Source of the DNA: a virus
Lineage: Duplodnaviria; Caudoviricetes
Virus record (IMG/VR): IMGVR_UViG_2595698964_000001
Span: 32,001-96,000 of that record
Length of the DNA: 64,000 nt
Reading direction: 5' to 3' (one strand)
A program made the translations under genes and the position numbers. A model generated the notes under the pieces. It worked only from the letters and a program-made list of their open reading frames with translations. It was not told where the DNA came from and did no database searches. Positions within the stretch are counted from its first letter, which is position 1. Every line of letters starts with the position of its first letter. Of this stretch, positions 48,129 through 58,200 are shown piece by piece.

Positions 48129-48813
48129 TTTTATAAAACACGCTTTGATATATGGGGAGTCTCTTCAAGAGATTTCCCAAAAATACTTAGACACGCCAGA
48201 CAGATGGACAGACTTGGTAGTTATTAACAATCTTAAATACCCTTTCGTTGTTTGGGAAGAGAGAACACCCGAAACACCTAAGAATGTAAAAACGATAGGG
48301 GAAATAGTTCTAGTTCCTGTAGAAGACGACACAAACCCATTAGAAGGGCTTCATAAGTTTGAAATAGACGACGCTTATGACAGATTGTTGGGCGAAGACT
48401 TAAGCTTGTTTGAAGACAACGAACTAGTTAACTTACGAGGAGACGAGATTGGAGAATTCCGAGCAACTAATAGGGGAGACCTCAGAACTGTCAAGGGAAT
48501 CACTAACCTCAGACAGTCCCTTGTGTTACGTTTAGCGACTCCGTTAGGAGCGTTACTTCACCATCCTAACTATGGTACGTTGTTATATGACTATGTCGGA
48601 GATCGAGAAGACTATCAAACTCAACAGAAAATAAAAACTGAAGTCGAACGCACATTAAGATCAGACCCCCGAGTGGCAGACATTGTTATGAACGAGGTGT
48701 CTTCTTATCGAGGCATACTAACAATTCAGGTTAGTATTGCGGCACTAGGTATAGATGACATCATAAATCTAGGGATTCGCCTAGATTCTGAAGGGGTGAT
48801 AGAATGGGGTTAA
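48121..48813 (+). CDS. Baseplate wedge protein (LysM-like + gp25-like)
   Basis: GESLQEISQKYL...NNLKYP; DLRTVKGITNLRQSL..RLATPLG.LLHHPNYG; DPRV. Confidence 0.82.
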   Translation: MADFIKHALIYGESLQEISQKYLDTPDRWTDLVVINNLKYPFVVWEERTPETPKNVKTIGEIVLVPVEDDTNPLEGLHKFEIDDAYDRLLGEDLSLFEDNELVNLRGDEIGEFRATNRGDLRTVKGITNLRQSLVLRLATPLGALLHHPNYGTLLYDYVGDREDYQTQQKIKTEVERTLRSDPRVADIVMNEVSSYRGILTIQVSIAALGIDDIINLGIRLDSEGVIEWG

Positions 48814-49859
48814 AGATAAAAACGTTTCAAGAAGTTCTTATATCTATGGTGGACTGGATTGCTAAAGGGTCTAGGAGACTTGTCGACTTTACAGAAGGTT
48901 CTGTAATAAGGACTCTACTGGAAGCAGTAGCGACAGAGCTGGAAGAATACTATTTTAAATCTTACAACAACATGCTTTATGCAATGGAGAACGCAGTATA
49001 TGACGCATTTGGATTCGAGAGACGTCCAGCAACGAGCGCGTTAGGAAACATAGTTGTTGTTTTCTCTAATCCGATTCCATCAGATTTGGTTATACCGAAA
49101 GGTACACGAGTCGCGACAAGTGATGCTGATCCTGTTTATTATCAGACGCGAACTGACTTTAGCGTGAAAGAAGGAGCTTCTGAAGCTGTTATCGAGGTGT
49201 ATTGCGTAACTCCTGGCAAGGTCGGTAACGTCCCTGAGAACAGCATAACGGTTATGGTTAATCCTCTAAGTCTTGTGTCTAGAGTCTATAATCCTGATCG
49301 GTTTATAACAGGGAGAGATGAGGAGACGCTTGTTGAGCGGAAACAGCGGTTTAACAAGTTTGTCGAGACAAGAGCAAAGGGTACTATCTCGGCCATTGAG
49401 TATGGGGCGCTAGAGGTTGAAGAGGTGACTGGTGTTTGGGTTGATGACTCTCAAATTGGAATCATAAAAGTATACGCCCATGACGCGGCAGGTAATTTAT
49501 CTGACTCGCTTCGAAAAGCAGTACAAGACAATCTGGAGAACTATAGAGCGGCAGGGATACCCCTATTTGTTTACCCGATTGTAAAACTACCTCTTGATGT
49601 GGAAGTAGAAATAACTGTCGACTTTAGATACAACAATGACGACTATAAAAACGAGATCGCAGCTAATATTAGAGACTACCTCGATTCATATGTTGTCTCG
49701 CAAGAATACATTGAGTCAGACTTAAACGCGTATATTAGATCATTAGATAGAGTCATTATAAAAAACTGTCGTATTTTGAAACCTTCAGACGATACTGTAA
49801 TTGAGCCTAGACAGCTCATCCGTAGCGGTAACATTACAGTTAAACTCGTCTCTAAGTAG
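48804..49859 (+). CDS. Baseplate J-like wedge protein
   Basis: DFTEGSVIRTLLEA, IPKGT, GKVGNV, GRDEET and YRAAGI motifs. Confidence 0.9.
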   Translation: MGLKIKTFQEVLISMVDWIAKGSRRLVDFTEGSVIRTLLEAVATELEEYYFKSYNNMLYAMENAVYDAFGFERRPATSALGNIVVVFSNPIPSDLVIPKGTRVATSDADPVYYQTRTDFSVKEGASEAVIEVYCVTPGKVGNVPENSITVMVNPLSLVSRVYNPDRFITGRDEETLVERKQRFNKFVETRAKGTISAIEYGALEVEEVTGVWVDDSQIGIIKVYAHDAAGNLSDSLRKAVQDNLENYRAAGIPLFVYPIVKLPLDVEVEITVDFRYNNDDYKNEIAANIRDYLDSYVVSQEYIESDLNAYIRSLDRVIIKNCRILKPSDDTVIEPRQLIRSGNITVKLVSK

Positions 49860-50621
49860 GTGAGTGAGATGTTAAAATTTCTTAGTGTTATCTTTAAGCA
49901 ACGTAACTCAAACCCGGACAACGAGGCATTTATAGAAGCTCTTTCAAACCAGCTACAAGTTGCGAACAAAGACGCCGACTTAATGGAACAAGAACTAGAC
50001 CTAAGACAGTCGAGTGCGGAGTGGCTTGATGAGTGGGGTAGTTGGTTTGGAGTCAAACGGCTTACTGGAGAAACAGATGAGCACTACCGATTCCGGATTC
50101 TGACGGCGATGGAAGATAAGGTTACAATCCCAGCTATAAAACGTGGAGTCAAGAAGGTAATGGGCGATGACACTGTTATTAAAATATACGAGCCGTTTGA
50201 AGAGATTCGTTATTTTAACGTCTCAACGTTTAGCGGGGTGGGACGCTTCCAAGATGGGGACTACTACCGAATTGGAGTCATCGACGTAATAATAAACAAA
50301 CCGATTACAGAGGAGTTAATGGCGTTCATAAACACTTTAAAAGCAGCAGGAATTTCTGTAAAGTTTACTTATAAGATGACGCCTCCATCTGATCAAATTG
50401 TAATCGGAGATGGAGATGACAACCCTGACGTTGTGTATGAAAACGCTGTATCTAACGAGCCCGGGTTTATTGATGAAACTAACGGTGCGGTATTCTCTGG
50501 AGACAATCCTGTACAGAGATATTCCGGAGATCGTGACATTTGGGTACGTACTACGATTAATGACGAAGCATTTGTTTCTCCGATTCAGGTTGTTGAGATT
50601 GAGAAGAAAATTGATAGATAG
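49860..50621 (+). CDS. Baseplate wedge protein (gpI/gp7-like)
   Basis: WLDEWG..FGVKR..GETDEHYR.RI; KAAGI. Confidence 0.75.
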   Translation: MSEMLKFLSVIFKQRNSNPDNEAFIEALSNQLQVANKDADLMEQELDLRQSSAEWLDEWGSWFGVKRLTGETDEHYRFRILTAMEDKVTIPAIKRGVKKVMGDDTVIKIYEPFEEIRYFNVSTFSGVGRFQDGDYYRIGVIDVIINKPITEELMAFINTLKAAGISVKFTYKMTPPSDQIVIGDGDDNPDVVYENAVSNEPGFIDETNGAVFSGDNPVQRYSGDRDIWVRTTINDEAFVSPIQVVEIEKKIDR

Positions 50622-50636
50622 GGATGGTGTTGCTAA

Positions 50637-50975
50637 ATGGCTAACGACAAACTTATTAGAGACGCTGACGGGACATTAGTACCTCAGCATAAAGACTCTA
50701 CAGGTTGGGTTGAGACAGGAGACGCGTACCCACTACCTGTAAGACCTCTTGTATCCAAAGAGGCGTGGGAAGGTAACGCTGACGAGACAAAAACCTTCGA
50801 GGCTCCTAGACGGGGGTTCAACATAGTTAACGATGGGGATGCTGATTTGACTTTTACTATTAACGGTACAACTAGACGAGTAAAGGAAAGTGAAAGCTAT
50901 TCCGGGACTTTCGACCCATTTACGGAAGTCTCTATAACAACCACAGTCCCATATAGAGCAGAAGTACTCGCATAG
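50637..50975 (+). CDS. Small beta-rich virion-associated protein (putative)
   Basis: IVNDGDADLTFTING beta-strand pattern; inside the baseplate cluster. Confidence 0.6.
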   Translation: MANDKLIRDADGTLVPQHKDSTGWVETGDAYPLPVRPLVSKEAWEGNADETKTFEAPRRGFNIVNDGDADLTFTINGTTRRVKESESYSGTFDPFTEVSITTTVPYRAEVLA

Positions 50976-51078
50976 GCAGGTCTAAGACCTGTCTTCATTT
51001 ATTAACGCTATTATAAATAGACGGGTGTAGATCAGATATTTGTTTATAGCATTCCGCATGGACAGAGGAGGTATAAAA

Positions 51079-51606
51079 ATGGCGGTAAAAACTAGAGCGC
51101 ACCGGGTTAGCCGGGCGTTAGACTTTTATAAGAAAAACACGATTTATTTCTCAATTGGAAGAACAACTCCTTGGGAGGATGAAAACAACCCTCCTCGTAC
51201 TGAAGACACAACTCCGTTAGAGGAGATGATTGGGATGAGAAAAGCGGACAGAGTTCTGCTTGTAACTCCTTATGATGGAAGTGACGTCCCTGAAGGCACA
51301 GAGATCATCGAGTTTGTAGAAAACTCTTTTTGGAAAGTCGTACCTGAGCAAGACGCACTCAAAGAGTACGCGAGATATGTTTACATCGAGACAACTATTA
51401 ATCCGTCTGACCTACCATTAGGCGCTTACAGACAGGTAGGCGTACATTCAGGAGTAGTTCGTAAAGAAGGTGTCAGCGCTGGAAAGTTCAACTTACTCCC
51501 GGACGAAATCGAAGACACAGGTATGCTCGAGTTGATTGACAATAGGGAGAAGAACCTCAGAGGCGAGAGTACAAGGTTGCTATTGAACTTTATTATTAAA
51601 TTTTAG
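51079..51606 (+). CDS. Baseplate protein
   Basis: IGRTTPWEDENNPP, ARYVYIE and LPLGAYRQVG motifs. Confidence 0.75.
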   Translation: MAVKTRAHRVSRALDFYKKNTIYFSIGRTTPWEDENNPPRTEDTTPLEEMIGMRKADRVLLVTPYDGSDVPEGTEIIEFVENSFWKVVPEQDALKEYARYVYIETTINPSDLPLGAYRQVGVHSGVVRKEGVSAGKFNLLPDEIEDTGMLELIDNREKNLRGESTRLLLNFIIKF

Positions 51607-51617
51607 GAGGGTTACGT

Positions 51618-54600
51618 ATGTTCGATAAAACAAAACAAGAGCCTTATTTTGACGACTATGATAGCGGTAAACAGTATTCCCAAATTCTAGCCGTACCGGG
51701 TAGAGTTGAACAAGCGCGGGAGTTTACGCAAATTCAAACAATGCTTTTTGACTTCCTTAAGCGAGTTTCTGATACTATTCTCAAAGACGGTAGTATCGTA
51801 GCTGGTATGGGATTCTCCATTAACGGGAACACGCTGACTGTGGAAGATGGGAGAGTTTACATCGAAGGTAAAGTACACGAGTTCAAACAACAGTCTATCG
51901 AGATAACAAAGACTGGTACAGAGATAATTGGATTAAAGGTAGACTATTACATCGTAACAGAGGAACAAGACAGTTCTTTGTTAGACCCTGCTCAAAATAT
52001 GCAAAACTATGGGCAACCGGGAGCTCACCGGGTTAAAGCCGTTCCTGTGTTAACTCTAAATGAGAGTGAGGCTGCCGTCCTCTACGAGTTTGAAGATGGT
52101 GAACTAAAAGTTGAGGTTGCGAAGCCGTCCCTTGACGGTATTACTGAAGTCCTCGCAAGACGTACCTACGACGAGTCAGGGAACTACCGTGTACGAGGTT
52201 TAGAACTTTTTGATGAACCTTTCGACTCTGATAACATCCAGCTTGTTGTTGAGGCAGGTACAGCTTATGTTTTAGGGTACGAGATAACTAAGCCAACGCC
52301 CGTTAAGAAACGTATTCCAATCTCAAAGGACTTAAAAGCGACACTCAACGAGCCGAAAACTTATGTAACTAACAACCAAAAATATGTATTGAATAACTTT
52401 CCTGCGAAAGAGATAACCAAACTTGTCTCTCAGGTTGAAGTCACACAGACTATGACTCGCGGTAGTGTTGTAGGCGGTGTTGACTACTTACCTAAACAGC
52501 CTGTTGTTTCAATTCAGTCTGTAAAACAAGGAACTAAGACGTATGTTCAAGGAACTGACTATCAGTTGTCTGCCGACGGGGTTGACTGGAGTTTAGATGG
52601 TGCTGAACCAGAAGTAGGTTCTTCTTATGAAGTAGTGTATCGCTACAACAAAGAGATGGTTCAAGGTACTGACTACAAACTCTTACAAGAGACAGGAAGA
52701 TGGGGAGAAACGAAAGACTATGTGCAATTCTTGTCTGGCGATAAGCCTGTACCAAACACACAGTTTACGGTAGACTATAAGTTTTTCTTAGCTAGAAAAG
52801 ACCTTATTAGTCTCGATAAGAATGGTAACATTGTCGTCACCCCAGGGCAACCAGACATTGAACGACTAGCTGTGGTTCCAACAGTTACAAGCGAGGAGTT
52901 CTTAAATCTTGGTTATGTTGTCCTCCCTCCGAACAGCGGGAACGCTCAGGCTTACTCTGCTTCAATAACTCGTCTCGAGATGGGTGATTTACAGAGAATG
53001 TTAAAACGATTAGAGGACGTAGAATTTAACCAAGCGATTACAGCGCTAGACCAAGAAGCGATTGCTGGAGAACCGCCTTCTGAACTAATTGGAGTTTTCT
53101 CTGATGGATTTAAGTCTACTACTCGCGGAGACTTAACTCACCCAGAGTTTGATGTTATGTACTCTCTTGAAGACGGACTTATTATGCTTCCGATTGTAAA
53201 CACAAATGATACATCTCCTACGATTAACGAAGGTGAGTCAAACGCAAAAGTTTGGGGACGCGTAATTTCAGCTCCTATGCGAGAGATTACTGCAATCAGT
53301 CAGCAGTACGCTACAACAACTATGAAGATCAACCCTTATCTTGCATTTAACACTCTTGGTGTTCTCAAACTTAGTCCTGAGGTTGATAACTGGATCGAGA
53401 CTGAGAAAATAAAGATCGAAGAGACTCAATTTAAAGCTCGTAACTTCTATAGATGGTGGACTCACGCTGACGGTCGTCAGAAGAAAATGGCGGACATCTG
53501 GGACTTACAGATTGATGGTAAAAAACAGACTGTTGGCGATATCCGACTGAAGATTGGAGAACAGGCTACTGCGATCAAAACCGAAAAGAGTAAGACAGTA
53601 GTGGAAGAGGCTATAACTTACATGAGACAGATTGATGTTACCATTGACGCGTCTAACTTGTCGCCAGCTTCAGATAACCTGACTTGTTACTTCGATGGAG
53701 TGAAAGTTAACTTAACACCGTTGAGCGGGTTCTCAAAAGGTACAAACCCGGGAACTGTCCGTTCTAACGCATCAGGAAGAGTGAAGGCCAAGTTCAAAAT
53801 TCCAGAGGGTATTCGTACAGGGACACGGGAAGTTGTCCTTACAAACGAATCTAACACTGCTTCAGCTGGATTTACGTCAATCGGTACAAAACGGACTACG
53901 ACTGAGAAAGTCTTAAGAACTAGAATTACTCTAACTGCAGTCGATCCGTTGGCTCAAACTTTCCAGTTTGACGAAGCTAAGATTTTAACATCTGTAAGTG
54001 CGTATTTTGCTGCGAAAGATAATACTAACAACGTTCAGGTTCAGATCAGAAACGTTGTTAACGGCTACCCCGGAAATGTAATCTACGGGGAGAAAGTTCT
54101 TTCACCTTCAGAGATTAAAGTTAGTGAAGATGCTACAGCTGAGACCAAAGTAACTTTTGATGATCCAATTATGTGCGAAGCCGGACAACAGTACTGCGTT
54201 GTCTACATGACTGACTCTGCTGCGCATAGCTTGTATGTTGCAGACTTAGGAAAAACAGACATTACGACTGGACAGACGATTACTAGACAACCATACCTAG
54301 CTGGGCTGTTGTTCTCATCTAAAAACGCTATTGCTTGGACAGCACATCAATCAATGAACATGAAGTTTAAAATATACGTTGCTGAGTTCGAACCTACAGG
54401 AACTGTAGAGTTTGACCCGATCTTTAACATGGAGTCAGACAGACTTCTTTTGTTATCCGATGAACTCACACCTCAGAACACTGGCTGTATCTGGGATATG
54501 AAACTTGATGACGGGGAGTTCAGACCGATTTCAAGTTATCAAGATGTTGAGCTTGAAGCGGTAATCGACAAAGTACAACTGAGAGCAACGTTTAAGTCGG

Positions 54601-54974
54601 ACAAAAATATGTCTCCACTTATGGCCGCAGACTCGTTTACATTAGTCGGTTTCCTACAGGCAACCTCAGGTTCATATATCTCTAGGAACACGACGCTGTT
54701 AGAACCGTATACAAACGTTAAGATTGTGTATGACGGGTTCATTCCTAGTGGTTGTACGATAACGCCGCAGTTTAGTTACGACGACGGTAAAACTTGGATC
54801 ACCCCGCCTCAGACATCTGCGGTAGAGGTAGAGCTAAACTGGACACGGTACACTCATTCAAAACCAGTCGAAGCTTCTGTGAACGCGAAAATGTTCCGTG
54901 TTCGACTAAATATTCAAGCGGCTAGCTCTGTAGTACGTCCGAAAGTCCGCAAGCTTATGTGCGTAATGAACTAG
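51618..54974 (+). CDS. Large baseplate/tail adsorption protein (DUF4815-like)
   Basis: PYFDDYD...QAREFTQIQ, LARRTYDESGNY and DPLAQTF motifs. Confidence 0.85.
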   Translation: MFDKTKQEPYFDDYDSGKQYSQILAVPGRVEQAREFTQIQTMLFDFLKRVSDTILKDGSIVAGMGFSINGNTLTVEDGRVYIEGKVHEFKQQSIEITKTGTEIIGLKVDYYIVTEEQDSSLLDPAQNMQNYGQPGAHRVKAVPVLTLNESEAAVLYEFEDGELKVEVAKPSLDGITEVLARRTYDESGNYRVRGLELFDEPFDSDNIQLVVEAGTAYVLGYEITKPTPVKKRIPISKDLKATLNEPKTYVTNNQKYVLNNFPAKEITKLVSQVEVTQTMTRGSVVGGVDYLPKQPVVSIQSVKQGTKTYVQGTDYQLSADGVDWSLDGAEPEVGSSYEVVYRYNKEMVQGTDYKLLQETGRWGETKDYVQFLSGDKPVPNTQFTVDYKFFLARKDLISLDKNGNIVVTPGQPDIERLAVVPTVTSEEFLNLGYVVLPPNSGNAQAYSASITRLEMGDLQRMLKRLEDVEFNQAITALDQEAIAGEPPSELIGVFSDGFKSTTRGDLTHPEFDVMYSLEDGLIMLPIVNTNDTSPTINEGESNAKVWGRVISAPMREITAISQQYATTTMKINPYLAFNTLGVLKLSPEVDNWIETEKIKIEETQFKARNFYRWWTHADGRQKKMADIWDLQIDGKKQTVGDIRLKIGEQATAIKTEKSKTVVEEAITYMRQIDVTIDASNLSPASDNLTCYFDGVKVNLTPLSGFSKGTNPGTVRSNASGRVKAKFKIPEGIRTGTREVVLTNESNTASAGFTSIGTKRTTTEKVLRTRITLTAVDPLAQTFQFDEAKILTSVSAYFAAKDNTNNVQVQIRNVVNGYPGNVIYGEKVLSPSEIKVSEDATAETKVTFDDPIMCEAGQQYCVVYMTDSAAHSLYVADLGKTDITTGQTITRQPYLAGLLFSSKNAIAWTAHQSMNMKFKIYVAEFEPTGTVEFDPIFNMESDRLLLLSDELTPQNTGCIWDMKLDDGEFRPISSYQDVELEAVIDKVQLRATFKSDKNMSPLMAADSFTLVGFLQATSGSYISRNTTLLEPYTNVKIVYDGFIPSGCTITPQFSYDDGKTWITPPQTSAVEVELNWTRYTHSKPVEASVNAKMFRVRLNIQAASSVVRPKVRKLMCVMN

Positions 54975-54982
54975 TCACTCTC

Positions 54983-55012
54983 AGCAACCTCTTTATAAAG
55001 AGGTTGCTTTTT
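54983..55012 (+). terminator. Intrinsic terminator
   Basis: AGCAACCTCTTT-AT-AAAGAGGTTGCT-TTTT. Confidence 0.8.
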
Positions 55013-55054
55013 GTTTAATATTATTCTTACAACTAATTAAAGGGGCTGTTTTAC

Positions 55055-55246
55055 ATGGCAGAGATGCAAATCCAACCATCCGGAGGTATCGCGTTCCAAC
55101 GCACTCCTGAAGAAAAGAAATTGAGCGCCGAGAAACGGAGACTTCAACAAGAGAAAGAAGAGATAACAAAGTTAAAAGACGAGCTCGCAGATAAGCTTAG
55201 ACAAGTTGATTCTCTGATAGATGATCTAAAATCCTCAAGGAAGTAG
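55055..55246 (+). CDS. Small coiled-coil protein
   Basis: SGGIAFQRTPEE motif; AAGGGG RBS. Confidence 0.7.
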   Translation: MAEMQIQPSGGIAFQRTPEEKKLSAEKRRLQQEKEEITKLKDELADKLRQVDSLIDDLKSSRK

Positions 55247-55254
55247 GTGAAGGT

Positions 55255-58200
55255 ATGCCGCAACTAAAACTAAGGTACAACGGTAGATGGGTTACAATTG
55301 GTGGAGGTCTCTCAGGCGGAGATACGGGAGAAATTGTAGACTACATCGATCAAATCAAAAAGGAACTTCAAAATAATCTTGAAAAAATATCAACAGACCT
55401 TAACAATACTGATATCTACATTGACGGCGCTTTTCGAGACGGTATTATAACAGAAACTGAAGCCAAGAAAATAAAGGCATATCTTAACACTCTTAATACC
55501 TCGAAAGTACAGCTTGACCAGCGTTTCGAAGAGATTTATAAAAATATATACTTGCCGGCTTTTAACAAAGAAGGACTAGTGAGCGCGAACAACACTTATC
55601 AGACAGCTTACGAGAACCTTCATAAAACAATTTTAGATGCTATTGTTGACGGAAAAGCGACTGAAGAAGAGTCAAACGCTGTAGATACTGCGTTCGATGT
55701 TTATACAAGAGCTCTGTCCCTTCTTGTCTCAGCATTAGAAGTCTCAGTTGATGCTATTAACAACGCAAAGAACAAAGAGACGTTAGATAACTCCAAAAAG
55801 TACACTGATGACCTTTATGTTCCATTAGACGAGAGAGTTGTAAAAGCTGAATCTGAGATCAAAACAACTAAGGAGCAGATTTCTCTTAGAGTTACTAAAG
55901 AAGAGTTTACACAAGGGTTAAACAACAACTTAGACTCTGCTAAGCAGTACTCTGATACGCAGAAAAAGGCTCTCGAGACCGACTTGTCAACTCTTCGGGG
56001 AGACCTTCAGGAAACAGACGAATACATCAATGGAGCGTTTAGAGATGGAATTGTATACGACTCCGAAAAGATACAGATTGAGGGGTACTTGAATACGATC
56101 AAAACTTCAAAGAGTCAGTATGATAATCGTTACCAAAGTGTTCATGATAACTCATATCTCCCAGAGACCCCTAAACTAAACCTGGAGAGCGCTAAGACAG
56201 ACTACGATACGAAATATAACATGCTTGTACTAGCCATTACAAATGCTATTGACGACCAGCTAGCGGACGATGACGAAACGGCCAAAGTCAACGCAGCCTT
56301 TGACGCTTATAACCAAGCGTTAGCGCTTCTTACCCTATCTTTGGAGGTCGCTATAGATGCGATTAGCAAAGCGAAGGCAGAAGAGGCTAGAAAGCTTGCA
56401 GAGGGCTACGCTGATGAGCTGAAGCAAGGGCTAGACAAAGACATTGCGAATGTACAACAGTCGATTAAGGAAACTGATGATTATATTACCCATGCGTTCC
56501 GGGATGGACTAGTTAGTGAGACAGAAGCCAAACGAATCGAAGGTTACTTACTAGGTTTGGCTCAGAATCATCAAGCTATTATGGAGCGTTACACAGAGAT
56601 TTATGAGAATCCAATGCTAGCTGGAACAGCGAAGACTGACTTGTACCAAAAACAAACTGATTACGCGACGGCTTACGACTCACTTGTAACGACAATAAAT
56701 GACGCGACATCAGACGGTCAGACAACAGCGGAAGAGAGCAACAATGTTCAACTAAAGTTCTATGACTATAACAATAGGTTCAAAGAGCTTACAAAGGCGA
56801 TAGAGACAGCCATTGACTTCATCTCTACATCAAAAGCGAATAAATCAGAAGAGAACTCAAAAGATTACACAGATGGGAAAGTAACACCAATTGAAACCAG
56901 ACTCACAACTGCAGAGTCAAATATAACTCAAAACGCAAAGGAGATATCGCTGAGAGTTAAAGAAGAGACATATAATCAAGGTATGCAACTAGTCGATGGA
57001 ATTGACACACGTCTTAAGTCGGCAGAGTCAACTATTGTTCAACACGCAGATGCAATCAGTCAGCGCGTTACGATAGAGAATTTTGATACAAAAGCAAAAC
57101 AGCTACAACTAGATGCTGACAACGCGAGAAAAGCGGCAGACGCAGCTCAACAAACAGCGGACGCGGCCAAGTCTGGAGTAGATGACGCGGTCAAATCAAT
57201 CTCTGACTTAACATCTGACAACAAGTTGTCTCAATCTGAAAAGACTGAAGCTAAACGTGAGTGGGAAGCGATCAAAGCAGAAAAGATAACACTCGAGAAA
57301 CAAGCAACCGACTATGGAATAACGACAGCAAAGACTAACTATATCGCTGCTTACAATTCTCTCGAGGCGTTTTTAACTCCTCTGATTGCAGACTTGTCTA
57401 CTATATCTGACGTCGATGGCGAGACGTTCCGAGCGAAGTTCAAGGCTTACTATGACACTCGCTCTACGCTACTTCAGGCAATCGCATCGGCTTCTAAAAA
57501 GCAATCTGACGACTTAGACACTAGGTTAACAAACTTGAAGTATGTAAACGCCAACATACTTGCTGGATCAATGTTCGGGGAAGGAGATGTCCTTCCTATT
57601 GATTCAGGTACTGTTGTTAGAGTACAGCCAAATGATGGCGATGTTAACAGCTTACAAGTAAAGCAGTACTCTCCTTCTTCTGCGGTCTATGGATTTAAGA
57701 CTACTAGACAGACAACTGAGTTTAAAACAGGAACTGTATACACCCTGTCAATGCAAGTGGCTATTGGAGACGTTACAAAACTTGATGAGATTTATATTAA
57801 GTCTGCTGAGGGAGGATCTCAGAAGCTGCCTTCAATCCCCATAACTTGGTCTGATACTGCGTATAGAACTGTAACACTCACGTTTACAAGTAACATTTCA
57901 ACGTCTAGAGGTTACATTCAAGTCGCAACAGCAGACTTAAGTTCAACAAGAATCGAGTATTTCTATATCAAAAAGTTGAAGATTGAGGAAGGCGGTGTTG
58001 CGACACCGTACATCCCTTCTGGCGCAGACACGGGTACGCTTGGAAGTCAGGTAGCTAAGGCTGAGTCTGAAATAAAGCAAAACGCAGAGCAGATACAGTT
58101 GAGAGTTTCAAAGACCGACTTTAATGGTAAGAACGTAGTATCTATGATTAACCAAACAGCCGACGAAGTTCTCATTGAGGCCAGCAAGATAAAACTAAAT

